A DNA stretch of 13,570 nt from a virus (taxonomy: Duplodnaviria > Heunggongvirae > Uroviricota > Caudoviricetes). Under the pieces are notes generated by a model, which made no database searches, was not told the DNA's origin, and saw nothing but the letters and a program-made list of their open reading frames with translations. A program made the translations under genes and the position numbers. Position 1 is the first letter of the stretch, and every line of letters begins with the position of its first letter. The stretch lies in the IMG/VR virus record IMGVR_UViG_2731957955_000008; one strand, given 5' to 3'. Shown here in pieces: positions 1-8,917 of this stretch.

Positions 1-20
1 GAAACATAATAATTGTTGTT

Positions 21-893
21 TTGTCAATATTAATTCTTTTTATTACTCCGTTTGTAGCAAAAAATCTAAGCAGTGACAATATAAAATATAGTCTTAATAT
101 TATACAATACTCGCTGAATCGTCATTTGTCGACGTGGAATACCGTGTACACCAAAATAATATCAGTATTTTGGCTTGTATTACTTATCAGCTCATGCATC
201 AGCATACGTAATTACTCAAAAATATGGTTGTGTATAATACTTATTAGTATAGTGTCAGTATGCAATAATCTAATTTTATTGTATTTTATTGATCAATCCC
301 ATCCTGCATGGTACATGACAAAATTTCTTGAATTGATATCAATGATTTATATCATTTCAACACTCATGTATTATGTTTTCAGGAAATTAAATCATGCTAA
401 TCATATGGCAATTCATGATCCACTAACGAATACATACAATAGAAGATACTTTATTGACTCATTGAAGAATATATCAAAACACCATGATTTCTCAGTAATA
501 ATGTTAGATATTGACAATTTCAAAAGCATCAATGACAAATGGGGGCATCATATGGGTGATCAAGTCATAGTAATGGTTACCAGAATAATAAAAAAATCTA
601 TCAGGAAAGAGGATATATTAGGGCGCTTAGGCGGTGAGGAGTTCGGTATTATCATTAAAGGTAATACTCAAAAGCTCTTGCTATCAATTGCAGAGCGAAT
701 CAGAAAAAACATTGAAGAGCAATGCTCGGAAAAATTATTATCGCATGGACCTGAGAAAATAACTGTCAGTATTGGTTGCTTTACTTCAAAAGAGAATAAT
801 CTCAGTCCATCTGAAATGTTAGTCAATGCCGATAAAGCGTTATATCAAGCCAAAAGAACCGGAAAAAACAAGGTGATAACTCACTCAAAATAA
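21..893 (+). CDS. Membrane-anchored GGDEF-domain diguanylate cyclase (putative c-di-GMP synthase); phage cargo (moron) gene
   Basis: Translation shows about four hydrophobic helices in the first ~125 aa, then a complete GGDEF domain: DPLTNTYNRRYF, DIDNFKSINDKWGHHMGD, an RKED I-site five residues before GGEEF (nt ~630-644), and ADKALYQAKRTGKNKV. The ORF track starts at a TTG (21), but the frame is open back to nt 3, so the true start may lie upstream of the window. The region is strongly AT-rich compared with the tail genes and is convergent with tfa. Confidence 0.85.
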   Translation: MSILILFITPFVAKNLSSDNIKYSLNIIQYSLNRHLSTWNTVYTKIISVFWLVLLISSCISIRNYSKIWLCIILISIVSVCNNLILLYFIDQSHPAWYMTKFLELISMIYIISTLMYYVFRKLNHANHMAIHDPLTNTYNRRYFIDSLKNISKHHDFSVIMLDIDNFKSINDKWGHHMGDQVIVMVTRIIKKSIRKEDILGRLGGEEFGIIIKGNTQKLLLSIAERIRKNIEEQCSEKLLSHGPEKITVSIGCFTSKENNLSPSEMLVNADKALYQAKRTGKNKVITHSK

Positions 894-922
894 ACACCTT
901 TTTAAAATACAGCCCCAATAAA

Positions 923-955
923 CTGCAGAATATTATTCCATATAATATCCTGCAG
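923..955. terminator. AT-rich inverted repeat (13-bp arms, 1 mismatch, 7-nt loop) between the convergent GGDEF gene and tfa; possible bidirectional terminator
   Basis: ctgcagaatatta (923-935), loop ttccata, taatatcctgcag (943-955), read directly from the sequence. It sits in the 73-nt gap between two convergent stop codons. The flanking T-tracts are weak. Confidence 0.3.
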
Positions 956-966
956 TTCGTAATGCA

Positions 967-1551
967 CTATTCGATAATGGGTACTGTTGGCCATTCAATA
1001 TCCGGTGCAGTTGTTGTATTAACACGGTTCAGCAACACCCGATACTTCTTCCAGGCTTCCAGCAACGAGGTTTCTTCCTCCGTTGCAATTTCCAGATCTG
1101 CAGCATCCTGAAGCGGCGCAATATGCTCACTGGCTACCTGCATCAGGCTGTTTTTTGTTTCTTCCGCCTCCCGGATCCGGAACAGTTTTTCTGCTTCTGC
1201 ATCTTTCACCCAGGCTGTGCCGTTCCACTTCTGATATTCCCCTCCCGGCGACAACCAGGTAACATTTTCCGGTAACGGACCGAGTTCAGAAATAAATAAC
1301 GCGTCGCCGGAAGCCACGTCATAAACCGTTTTACCCCGATGGTCTTCAACGAGATGCCACGATGCCTCATCACTGTTGAAAACAGCCACGAAGCCTGCCG
1401 GAATATCCGGCGGTGCAATATCGGTACTGTTTGCTGGCAGACCTGTATGAGACGGAATATATGCATCACCTTCACCAATAAATTCATTAGTTCCGGCCAG
1501 CAGATTATAAATTTTTATGGTCCGTGGTTGTTCACTCATTCTGAATGCCAT
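967..1551 (-). CDS. tfa: Tail fibre assembly protein (lambda Tfa family)
   Basis: 194-aa ORF beginning [33 protein letters not shown], matching lambda Tfa in length and N-terminus as I recall it. Its ATG overlaps the stf stop as TAATG (1549-1553), indicating translational coupling. Confidence 0.95.
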   Translation of the reverse strand: MAFRMSEQPRTIKIYNLLAGTNEFIGEGDAYIPSHTGLPANSTDIAPPDIPAGFVAVFNSDEASWHLVEDHRGKTVYDVASGDALFISELGPLPENVTWLSPGGEYQKWNGTAWVKDAEAEKLFRIREAEETKNSLMQVASEHIAPLQDAADLEIATEEETSLLEAWKKYRVLLNRVNTTTAPDIEWPTVPIIE

Positions 1552-4500
1552 TATGCAAGCCTCACAATATAGTTAAATGCGATGTTTTTGACGGTGTTTT
1601 CCGCGTTACCCGCAGCGTTAACGGTGATGGTATGTCCATGTGAGCCAATCGCAACGGAGTGCGTATGAGCACCAATACCGACAGTATGTGCATGTGCGCC
1701 TGCGCTTGCAGCAGTGCCGGACAGCGAGTGGGTATGAGCACCATCTGATGATGTCTTCCCTGCATTACGAGTCTGGCCACTACCGCTTGTTGTGCTCATA
1801 ATCCCCGCGCTTAGATTTGAAATCGCAGTATAACCATTAGGAAAAATGCTCGTGTTCGTGCCACCAAATGCACCGGAACTCTTGTGTTGGTGCGCACCGG
1901 CACTATTTGCTGTCCCGCTAATACTATGGGTATGTGCACCAGTGTTATTCGTGGATTTAGTGCCGTAATCAAAAGATGATGTGGTTTTCGTCCCCAAATC
2001 CGTACTGGATGCGCTGGCGCTGTGGGTATGCGATTTAATGCCATCCTGTTCCTGAGACAATACGGCACGACCACTGGCGGGCTTGCCCTTAATCGTCCAG
2101 CCACGCATATCAGGGATCACGCCTGACGGATAAGCGGCTGCAAGTTTCGGGTAAGCAGATTTGTCAAAAGTCTGCCCCTGCATCAGGGCATAACCAGACG
2201 GAACGGTATCTGATGGCCACGGGATTGGTGCACCGACTGGATAAAACTCTGCAGGAGGATGAGCCGAGGTGTAAAGCTGCGCCCACGGCGACCAGTTTGC
2301 GTCGGTCATATCCCGTCGTGAACGAATAAATGCCGGAGCATGAGCACCGCTTGTACCACTCCAGCCGATGAGTAACTCACCTTCGCCAACGGCTGTCATC
2401 CCTTTCAGGTGAATGATATTTCCATACGCTGTTGGATATCCGTTGTTATACACCTCGTATAACTCAAGACCTGCTGCCCCCTGCGTATTGTCTGTCAGCG
2501 CGGTTACCCGACCTTTTGAAGCCAGATTAACTGATGATACTGCTGTTCCACCTGACGGTAACGCCCCGATCTCTGATGCCGTTGGCTTATTTCTGGAGTT
2601 ATAGTCCCTTCGCCAGCCAGGTGAATAATCTGTTCCGTGATTAATATAGGTAAACTGGGCGTTAGTTGTTCCACCACCAGTGGAGGTGGTCGGTGTGGTA
2701 ATGCGGATCGTCATCGCTGACTTTATCCCCATTACTTCAATGACAGCTCCGGCGAGATGAATATTACCGCAGTCAGTATCAGTAATGATTTTATTATTGC
2801 CATAAGACCAGGACCCCTTGCACATCCAGTAGGGATGGTTAAATGCTCCCTGAGAATCCAGCCACTCGATAAACTGTGCAGTCGTCCAGTTTCCTGTTGT
2901 TGTGCTTACTGACCCACCGAAGGCACGGCAGGCACCAATATTTTTCGTAAAGGTGTCTTTGCCAGGGATATCCGCACCGTTCTGATCTTTCTGCAGACGT
3001 TTCTCAGCATTGTCATTGGCTGCTTTTACTGCCTTTGGCGTTGCCGCCAGCGTTTCAGACGTGCTGTTGGTCGCGCTGCTTAACTGGATTATCCCTTTCT
3101 GTGCTGTCGTTGCATCCTGTGCGGTGTATTTCCCGTTAGCCAGGTCATACGCGGCCTTAACGGCTTTTGGCGTTGCCGCCTGTGACTCGGAAGTGCTGTT
3201 GGTCGCACTACTGAGCTGGACTATCCCCTTTTTCGTCGTGCTCGCATCCTCAAGCGCCACGGCGGATGCAATATCCTCTGCCCGTTTTGCCGCTGTCTCG
3301 GCGCGCGTTGCCGCGGTTTCTGCCGTACTTTTGCTCTGTGCTGCCGCTGTCGCACTGCCAGCAGCCTCTGTCGCCTTCGTGGATGCTGTCGTGGCGCTGC
3401 CCTTCGCTGCTGACGCCTGTCTGGTCGCCTCATCTTTTGAAGCTGACGCCGATGATGCCGATGAAGCCGCCGAACTGGCGGACGATGCGGCAGCCGTTTT
3501 TGAGGATTCTGCGCTGGTTTCCGACGCTTTCGCGTTCGTCTCGGATGTCTTCGCTGCGGAAGCAGACCTCGCTGCTGCACTGGCCTGTTCAGTGGCTTCG
3601 CCAGCCTTCGTTGTGGCTGTTGAAGCAGACGAGGCGGCACTTTCTGCCGACTTTCCGGCAGCGGTGGCACTGGCTGAGGCCTGCCCGGCACTTGTTGAGG
3701 CGGCACTGGCAGATGATGCAGCCGCTGTTTTTGAGCCTGCCGCAGCTGAGGCACTCTGTCCCGCTGCCGTTTCAGAAGACCTGGCGTTCGTCTCAGACGT
3801 CTTTGCCGCCTTCGCGGAATTTCCTGCCGCCGTTGCCGAGGAAGCGGCACTACTGGCGCTTGATGATGCGTTCGTTTCTGATGATTTCGCTGCCTCTTTT
3901 GAGGCCGCCGCATCCCGGGCTGAGGTGGCAGCTTCTGACGCCTTTGTGGTCGCTGCGGATGCAGAAGTGGCTGTAGATTTTTGTGACGCTGCCGCATTCG
4001 TTTCTGACGTTTTCGCCGCACCGGCACTGGTAGCTGCCGCGCTTTTTGAGGACTCTGCAGCGGCAGCACTTTTTGATGCTTCAGTAGCCTTTGTTGATGC
4101 CGTTCCTGCGCTGGAAGACGCTGACTGAGCCGACGTCGCGGCCTGCCCGGCTGATGTGCTGGCTGCGCGTGCTGAGCCTGCAGCATCAGTCGCATGGGTT
4201 GCCGCCTCACGTGCTGATGTGCCGGCATCGCTGGCTGACTTCTTCGCGGCTGCCGTGTTCTGTGCCACCGCGGACGCGTTACGCGCCACCTCTTCCACCA
4301 TCAGTTCAAAACGGCGCAGTGCCTCAGGACGGGCATCATCCTCCGTCATGGCACCGAGAAAATCATTCAGCGTACCGGGTCGGGAATCTTCATACACGGT
4401 GATGGTCCCGGCATGTGACGGCGGGAATCCCTCCACCAACAGAATAACGCTGTACTGCCCGTACTCAACGTCCATGCTGTAACGCCCGGCTTCATCCGGA

Positions 4501-4625
4501 TTTTCTGAGGCCAGCGTGTTCACCACCACCGTGGTGCTGTTACGTTTTGCTTTCAGCTGGATTGTGCAGTTCTGTACCGGTTTTCCTGTGCCGTCTTTCA
4601 GTACACCTGAAATCTTTACTGCCAT
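1551..4625 (-). CDS. stf: Side tail fibre protein (lambda Stf family), intact, long mosaic form of ~1024 aa
   Basis: N-terminus [26 protein letters not shown] is Stf-like. It is followed by a long Ala/Ser/Thr-rich repeat region with three KTSETNA units, two tandem fibre-repeat motifs ([26 protein letters not shown] and [26 protein letters not shown]), a Cys/Trp-containing central domain, and a C-terminal His-box region ending [12 protein letters not shown] place the start at the ATG at 4623-4625, preceded by GGGGTG; the ORF track begins at an in-frame GTG two codons upstream (4631). Confidence 0.93.
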   Translation of the reverse strand: MAVKISGVLKDGTGKPVQNCTIQLKAKRNSTTVVVNTLASENPDEAGRYSMDVEYGQYSVILLVEGFPPSHAGTITVYEDSRPGTLNDFLGAMTEDDARPEALRRFELMVEEVARNASAVAQNTAAAKKSASDAGTSAREAATHATDAAGSARAASTSAGQAATSAQSASSSAGTASTKATEASKSAAAAESSKSAAATSAGAAKTSETNAAASQKSTATSASAATTKASEAATSARDAAASKEAAKSSETNASSSASSAASSATAAGNSAKAAKTSETNARSSETAAGQSASAAAGSKTAAASSASAASTSAGQASASATAAGKSAESAASSASTATTKAGEATEQASAAARSASAAKTSETNAKASETSAESSKTAAASSASSAASSASSASASKDEATRQASAAKGSATTASTKATEAAGSATAAAQSKSTAETAATRAETAAKRAEDIASAVALEDASTTKKGIVQLSSATNSTSESQAATPKAVKAAYDLANGKYTAQDATTAQKGIIQLSSATNSTSETLAATPKAVKAANDNAEKRLQKDQNGADIPGKDTFTKNIGACRAFGGSVSTTTGNWTTAQFIEWLDSQGAFNHPYWMCKGSWSYGNNKIITDTDCGNIHLAGAVIEVMGIKSAMTIRITTPTTSTGGGTTNAQFTYINHGTDYSPGWRRDYNSRNKPTASEIGALPSGGTAVSSVNLASKGRVTALTDNTQGAAGLELYEVYNNGYPTAYGNIIHLKGMTAVGEGELLIGWSGTSGAHAPAFIRSRRDMTDANWSPWAQLYTSAHPPAEFYPVGAPIPWPSDTVPSGYALMQGQTFDKSAYPKLAAAYPSGVIPDMRGWTIKGKPASGRAVLSQEQDGIKSHTHSASASSTDLGTKTTSSFDYGTKSTNNTGAHTHSISGTANSAGAHQHKSSGAFGGTNTSIFPNGYTAISNLSAGIMSTTSGSGQTRNAGKTSSDGAHTHSLSGTAASAGAHAHTVGIGAHTHSVAIGSHGHTITVNAAGNAENTVKNIAFNYIVRLA
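3038..3250 (-). repeat. Imperfect direct DNA repeat (~85-95 bp units, ~130 bp apart) inside stf, encoding the two tandem fibre-repeat motifs
   Basis: Unit 1 (~3038-3125) and unit 2 (~3168-3250) share long near-identical runs, e.g. ttggcgttgccgcc and gtgctgttggtcgc(g/a)ct(g/a)ct(t/g)a(a/g)ctgga(t/c)tatccc. This was read directly from the sequence. Confidence 0.7.
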
Positions 4626-4634
4626 ATTCACCCC

Positions 4635-4663
4635 ACAAAAAAGCCCGCCTGAACCGGCGGGCT
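4635..4663 (-). terminator. Rho-independent terminator downstream of lom, immediately upstream of stf
   Basis: On the minus strand there is a perfect 8-bp GC-rich stem (agcccgcc / ggcgggct, + coordinates 4642-4649 and 4656-4663) with a 6-nt loop, followed by TTTTTGT. The T-tract runs into the stf ribosome-binding site. Confidence 0.55.
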
Positions 4664-4689
4664 GTCATAACACTGTGTTACCTGGCTAA

Positions 4690-5289
4690 TCAGAATTTAT
4701 AACCGACACCCACGATGAAACCGTCAGTGCGCCAGTCACCACTGCCGGAGCCTTCATAAGCAATATCAATGGCCACGGATTCGGTCGGGTTAAACTGCAC
4801 GCCAGCCCCCCACGCCAGAGACGTGTTGCTGTGGCGACCGTCATCACTTCCGGTCAGCACATCGTGCTTTTTCCCCTTGTTGTCAGTTACGCGAAGATAA
4901 TCCCCGGAGAAAGTCGACACACGGCTGTAAGCTACACCCGCCATCGCATACGCGCTGAACCATTCATTTACGCGCACAGACGGCCCCGCCATTACGCTGA
5001 ACCAGCGGTTACGCACGGAATCTTCATGCCAGCGGGTATCGCTGTAACGGGTCAGCTGGCGATTCTTGTCTCCTGCATAGCTGAATGACGTCACCAGCCC
5101 CAGTGTGTCCGTAAACTCATAACGGTATTTCACGTTAATCCCGTTCAGATCATCACTGCCGGGGACGTTCGTCGAGGCATGAAGATACCCCGCGCTCAGC
5201 GTGGACTGATGTTCAGACGCCCATGCAGGCGCACCGGATACGGCCAGACAAATGGCTGCGGACAAAATTGCTGCACAAACTTTACGCAT
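4690..5289 (-). CDS. lom: Lom outer-membrane protein (Ail/Lom beta-barrel family), lysogenic-conversion moron
   Basis: 199-aa ORF MRKVCAAILSAAICLAVSGAPAWASEHQSTLSAGYLHAS with a signal peptide, alternating amphipathic strands and a C-terminal GVGYKF typical of outer-membrane barrels. It sits between J and stf exactly as in lambda and is bracketed by hairpins on both sides. Confidence 0.95.
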   Translation of the reverse strand: MRKVCAAILSAAICLAVSGAPAWASEHQSTLSAGYLHASTNVPGSDDLNGINVKYRYEFTDTLGLVTSFSYAGDKNRQLTRYSDTRWHEDSVRNRWFSVMAGPSVRVNEWFSAYAMAGVAYSRVSTFSGDYLRVTDNKGKKHDVLTGSDDGRHSNTSLAWGAGVQFNPTESVAIDIAYEGSGSGDWRTDGFIVGVGYKF

Positions 5290-5313
5290 AATTACCTCTC
5301 GCTTTTCTGCAAT

Positions 5314-5337
5314 AAAAAAGGCGTCATTCCTGACGCC
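5314..5337 (-). terminator. Terminator-like hairpin between J stop and lom start
   Basis: 7-bp stem ggcgtca / tgacgcc (5320-5326 and 5331-5337) with loop ttcc, followed on the minus strand by TTTTTT (complement of 5314-5319). A lom SD (gagagg) lies just downstream on the minus strand. Confidence 0.5.
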
Positions 5338-5359
5338 CTTTATTGGGGTTATAAATATT

Positions 5360-8300
5360 TCAACGAATACTGATGCCGGAAGCGGCTTTTTTGGTCACAA
5401 TCACCGTACAGTCGGTGATATTGCCTGCCCCCTGATTGCCTTTCTGGAAAATCTTAAACTCCAGAGTGACGCTTCCCCTGCCACTCGGCATATCAATAAC
5501 TGCACTGTAACTACCGGGAATGGCCCCTTTAGTTTCTCTGGATGCGATTAATACGCCGTTTTTGCGAACTTCAAAACCATAACCCGTGTATCGCGTGCCT
5601 CCTGGGTTATTTCCGCTCCCCGGATCGTCATACGCTATACCGTTAAAAATAATGGGCGGAATAATAATCTGGCGGTCAAAGTTATGATCATCGCTGATGG
5701 TGACTGTAACCGTACCGTTTGGTGTTTCCGTGTTACCCCACGTACCGACTTTTTTCGGGAAGGCTTTTGATACAGCTTTAACGAAATCTCCTCTGACCTG
5801 GGTCGCCTCCAGCATGCCCTTAATCGTACAGTTCTGGTTAATCGTGACATTGTTGAGCGTTCCTGAGTTCGCATTCACACTGCCACTGATATCCGCATTT
5901 TTCGCCGTCAGTCTCCCGTCTGATGTCAGGGAAAATGCCGGAGGATTACCGCCGCTGGTAATGGTGGGGGCCGTCAGGCGTTTCAGGAACACTTCATTCA
6001 TGAATATCTGATCGCCCTGACCAACAAACATCGGCTTTGTGTTGCCATTCGCAGGATTAATCATCGCAATCCTGTCTGCTGCCAGCAGCACCTGACTCTG
6101 CATGCCGTCAGGGGTGTTCTCAATACCGGCACCGATACCCGCAATATAAAGGCGTCCGTCCTGCATCTGCTGCAGCTTCACTGCCCACATGCTGTTCAGG
6201 TTATTATTTGTATCAACCTGAACCTTCTGTATCTGCTGGATCGCTGCACTCTGGTCTTCCAGTTTCTTATTGACGGTCTGTGTTATTTCATTGCTGACAT
6301 CCGTTATGGACGTCCTGATTTCAGTCAGGTCAGGCGCAAGCTGACCGTTATCAATCTGCGTCCACAGCTCCTGAGCCAGATGGGTTTTCCCTATCTCGCC
6401 TTTGAAAAAATCCAGATAGCCTGATGCATCATCACTCGGCTGACCGACAGCCTCCACGAATGCCGATTTGCCAACGGTGTTCACACTGCGAACGTAAAAA
6501 TAATAATCATGGCCCGGTTTGATATTGATACTGGCGGCTATCCAGTACAGTGCCGTACCAAGATAACGCGCGCTGGTTTCAACCTGCCTGATATCCGCAA
6601 TCCGTTTTTCCGAGAACCAGAACTCAAACTGTACCGTCGGGTCATAAACCGCAAGATGCGGCGTGGCGGTTATCTGAAAATAGCCCGGCGTCAGCTCAAT
6701 CCGCGACGGCGCTGCCGGTGCGGCAATCCGGAACGATACCGACGCCGGATCGCCCTGCTGCCCCCACGCATTTACTGCCCGGACTGTCAGCCTGTAGTTC
6801 CCCAGAGCCAGTTGTGTGAAGCGGTAAGTGGTTTCCGTCGTCCGGGCCGTGCTGACCAGCCGCTCACGGCCGTCATCCGCTGCCACGGTCAGGCGAAGCA
6901 GGAAGCTCACGCCCTTCACCACCTTCGGCGTGTCCCAGCGCGCCAGCACCTGGTATTCCCCGCTGTCTGCGGTGACTTCTGCGGTCAGGTGCTGCACCGC
7001 TGGCGGCGTGACACCATTTACCGTGCCGCTCTGGTCGCCGTCAAAGTGCGCCCCGTTATCCACGATGGCCTCTTTTTCCGGTACATGCTGCACGGCGGTG
7101 ATGGCATACGTGCCGTCGTCGTTCTCACGGATACTCACGCAGCGGAACAGGCGCTGGCGCAACGTCGGCAGCTTCAGCCCCCATACGCTGTATTCAGCAA
7201 CGCCGTCAGGAACACGGCTCACTTTCACCTTCACGCCGTCGGTGACGGACTGAACCTCCACGCTGACCGGATTACCACTTCCGTCAACCAGGCTTATCAG
7301 CGTGGTACCGGAGGATGGCAGCGTGATTTCACGGTCGAGCGTCAGCGTCCGGGTCTGGCTGTTCACCGCCAGCACGCGCCCGCCGGTGCGGATACCGGCA
7401 TAGTCATCATCGCAGATTTCAATGACATCGCCCGGTACATGGCGAAGCCCTTCGGCACCCACGCTGAAGTCCACGGTCTGCGTTTCCAGCAGTTCTGTTT
7501 TAATCAGCCACAGCCCGGCGCGGTGTGCCTGCCCCCGGCTGGTACAGCCAAAAGCATCCATCTTCGTGACGTTACGACCGTAACGGGCAATGGCCTGCGT
7601 GTCCTCCACAAGCTCTGTCGCCGTCTCCCAGCCGTTATTCGGGTCAATCCAGTTCACCTCAACGGCATTATGGCGGTCCTTCAGGGCGCTGAAGCTGTAG
7701 CGGAACGGCGCACCATCATCCGGCATCACCACATTACTGCGGTTATAGGTCCACACCTTATCCGACGGTCGGTCCTGCACGAACGTCAGCGTCTGCCCGT
7801 TCCATACCGGCATACAGCGCATCGCAGAGCAGAAATCACTGAGCACATCCCACGCCTTACGCTGTGTGGTCAGCCAGGCATTACAGGTGATGCGCGGCTC
7901 CGTGCCGCCAAAGCCGTCCGGCACTGACTGGTCGCAGTACTGGCCGATAAGATACAGCGCCCATTTATCCACATCCACCGCACCAAGACGTTTCCCCATG
8001 CCGTAGCGCGGATGGGTCAGCATATCCCACAGACACCAGGCCGNGTTGTTGCTGTATGCCGGTTTAAACGTTCCGTCCCAGATACCGCTGTATTGCCGCG
8101 TCTGCGGGTTATAATTCGACGGCACCTGCAGAATACGCCCGCGCAGATGATAATTACGGCTCACCTGCTGGCTGCCGAACTGCTCCGAGTCCACCTGCAC
8201 GCCGACCAGTGCCGTGTTCGGGTAGCACTGTTTCACATCGATAATTTCGGTGTATGACGACCAGAGCGTTTTGTTCTGCAGCTGGTCTGTGGTGCTGTCC

Positions 8301-8857
8301 GGCGTCATCCTGCGCATCCGGATATTAAACGGGCGCGGCGGCAGGTTATCCACCACCACCGAGGCCAGATACTGTGAAGTGGTTTTACCCTTAATGGTGA
8401 TGTCTTTTTCCGTCACCCAGCCACCGTTACGTTGTATCTGAACCAGCAGGCGGACTTCCGATGGATTCCTGTCCCCCTTTGAGGTGGTTTCCACCAGTGC
8501 CTGCACGCCGAAAGTAAAACGCAGACGGTCAATGTTTGCCGACGTGATGGTCCGGGTGATCGGCGTGTCATATTTCACTTCTGTACCGAGCACCGTCTCG
8601 GAGCCGGAGGATTCAAATCCCTCCGGCGGTGTCTGCTCCTGCTCACCGGCCCGGAACACCACCGTGACGCCGGATATATTGGTATTCCCCTCACTGTCCA
8701 GCACCGGCGTACTGTTCAGCAGCACGCTTTTTAATCCATCCACCGGACCTTCAACCGGCCCTTCGCTGATGGCATCGATCACACTCAGCAGCTGCGTGGA
8801 CTTCAGGTTNTCNTTCGCTTCGCGCGGGGTATGCCCCTTACTGCTGCCTTTACCCAT
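5360..8857 (-). CDS. J: Tail tip / host-specificity protein J (central tail fibre)
   Basis: 1165-aa ORF beginning [14 protein letters not shown], in the expected position after I and before lom. Lambda J is 1132 aa as I recall, so this is a length variant. Several X residues come from N bases (e.g. 8043, 8810, 8813). Confidence 0.95.
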   Translation of the reverse strand: MGKGSSKGHTPREAXXNLKSTQLLSVIDAISEGPVEGPVDGLKSVLLNSTPVLDSEGNTNISGVTVVFRAGEQEQTPPEGFESSGSETVLGTEVKYDTPITRTITSANIDRLRFTFGVQALVETTSKGDRNPSEVRLLVQIQRNGGWVTEKDITIKGKTTSQYLASVVVDNLPPRPFNIRMRRMTPDSTTDQLQNKTLWSSYTEIIDVKQCYPNTALVGVQVDSEQFGSQQVSRNYHLRGRILQVPSNYNPQTRQYSGIWDGTFKPAYSNNXAWCLWDMLTHPRYGMGKRLGAVDVDKWALYLIGQYCDQSVPDGFGGTEPRITCNAWLTTQRKAWDVLSDFCSAMRCMPVWNGQTLTFVQDRPSDKVWTYNRSNVVMPDDGAPFRYSFSALKDRHNAVEVNWIDPNNGWETATELVEDTQAIARYGRNVTKMDAFGCTSRGQAHRAGLWLIKTELLETQTVDFSVGAEGLRHVPGDVIEICDDDYAGIRTGGRVLAVNSQTRTLTLDREITLPSSGTTLISLVDGSGNPVSVEVQSVTDGVKVKVSRVPDGVAEYSVWGLKLPTLRQRLFRCVSIRENDDGTYAITAVQHVPEKEAIVDNGAHFDGDQSGTVNGVTPPAVQHLTAEVTADSGEYQVLARWDTPKVVKGVSFLLRLTVAADDGRERLVSTARTTETTYRFTQLALGNYRLTVRAVNAWGQQGDPASVSFRIAAPAAPSRIELTPGYFQITATPHLAVYDPTVQFEFWFSEKRIADIRQVETSARYLGTALYWIAASINIKPGHDYYFYVRSVNTVGKSAFVEAVGQPSDDASGYLDFFKGEIGKTHLAQELWTQIDNGQLAPDLTEIRTSITDVSNEITQTVNKKLEDQSAAIQQIQKVQVDTNNNLNSMWAVKLQQMQDGRLYIAGIGAGIENTPDGMQSQVLLAADRIAMINPANGNTKPMFVGQGDQIFMNEVFLKRLTAPTITSGGNPPAFSLTSDGRLTAKNADISGSVNANSGTLNNVTINQNCTIKGMLEATQVRGDFVKAVSKAFPKKVGTWGNTETPNGTVTVTISDDHNFDRQIIIPPIIFNGIAYDDPGSGNNPGGTRYTGYGFEVRKNGVLIASRETKGAIPGSYSAVIDMPSGRGSVTLEFKIFQKGNQGAGNITDCTVIVTKKAASGISIR

Positions 8858-8879
8858 TCNTCANGCTCCATAAANGANA

Positions 8880-8899
8880 AAACCGCCCGNAGGCGGTTT
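8880..8899 (-). promoter_or_regulatory. Perfect 8-bp stem-loop in the I-J intergenic spacer, just upstream of the J ribosome-binding site
   Basis: aaaccgcc (8880-8887), loop cgna, ggcggttt (8892-8899). On the minus strand it is followed by a T-rich tract, a GGAG-like SD and the J ATG at 8857. Ambiguous bases in and around the loop limit certainty. Confidence 0.3.
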
Positions 8900-8917
8900 C
8901 ACATAAAACATTTTGCA

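Noticed and set aside
1206-1572. Small ORFs overlapping tfa (1206..1487 -, 1339..1572 +)
   Set aside because: They are alternate-frame or antisense ORFs inside a confidently identified gene, with no independent support.
900-1600. Possibility of an invertible tail-fibre segment (Gin/Pin-type switch) around tfa
   Set aside because: There is no invertase gene, no alternative tfa or fibre C-terminal cassette in inverse orientation, and no flanking crossover-site inverted repeats around tfa.
3010-4228. Large ORFs in other frames and on the opposite strand (3010..4128 +, 372 aa; 3221..4228 -, 335 aa; 3266..3976 +, 236 aa) inside stf
   Set aside because: They lie entirely within the GC-rich, repetitive Ala/Ser-coding part of stf, where stop codons are rare in every frame. 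Their translations are low-complexity (poly-Ala or Arg/Pro/Gln-rich) with no start context or domain signature.
3000-4300. Possibility that the stf repeats are a diversity-generating retroelement target or a CRISPR-like array
   Set aside because: No reverse transcriptase ORF and no template/variable repeat pair with adenine-specific differences was seen. The repeats are in-frame protein repeats rather than repeat-spacer units.
6509-7927. 472-aa ORF on the plus strand, antisense to J
   Set aside because: It is an Arg-rich, low-complexity translation fully embedded in the well-supported J gene; it is typical of a spurious antisense ORF in GC-rich coding DNA.
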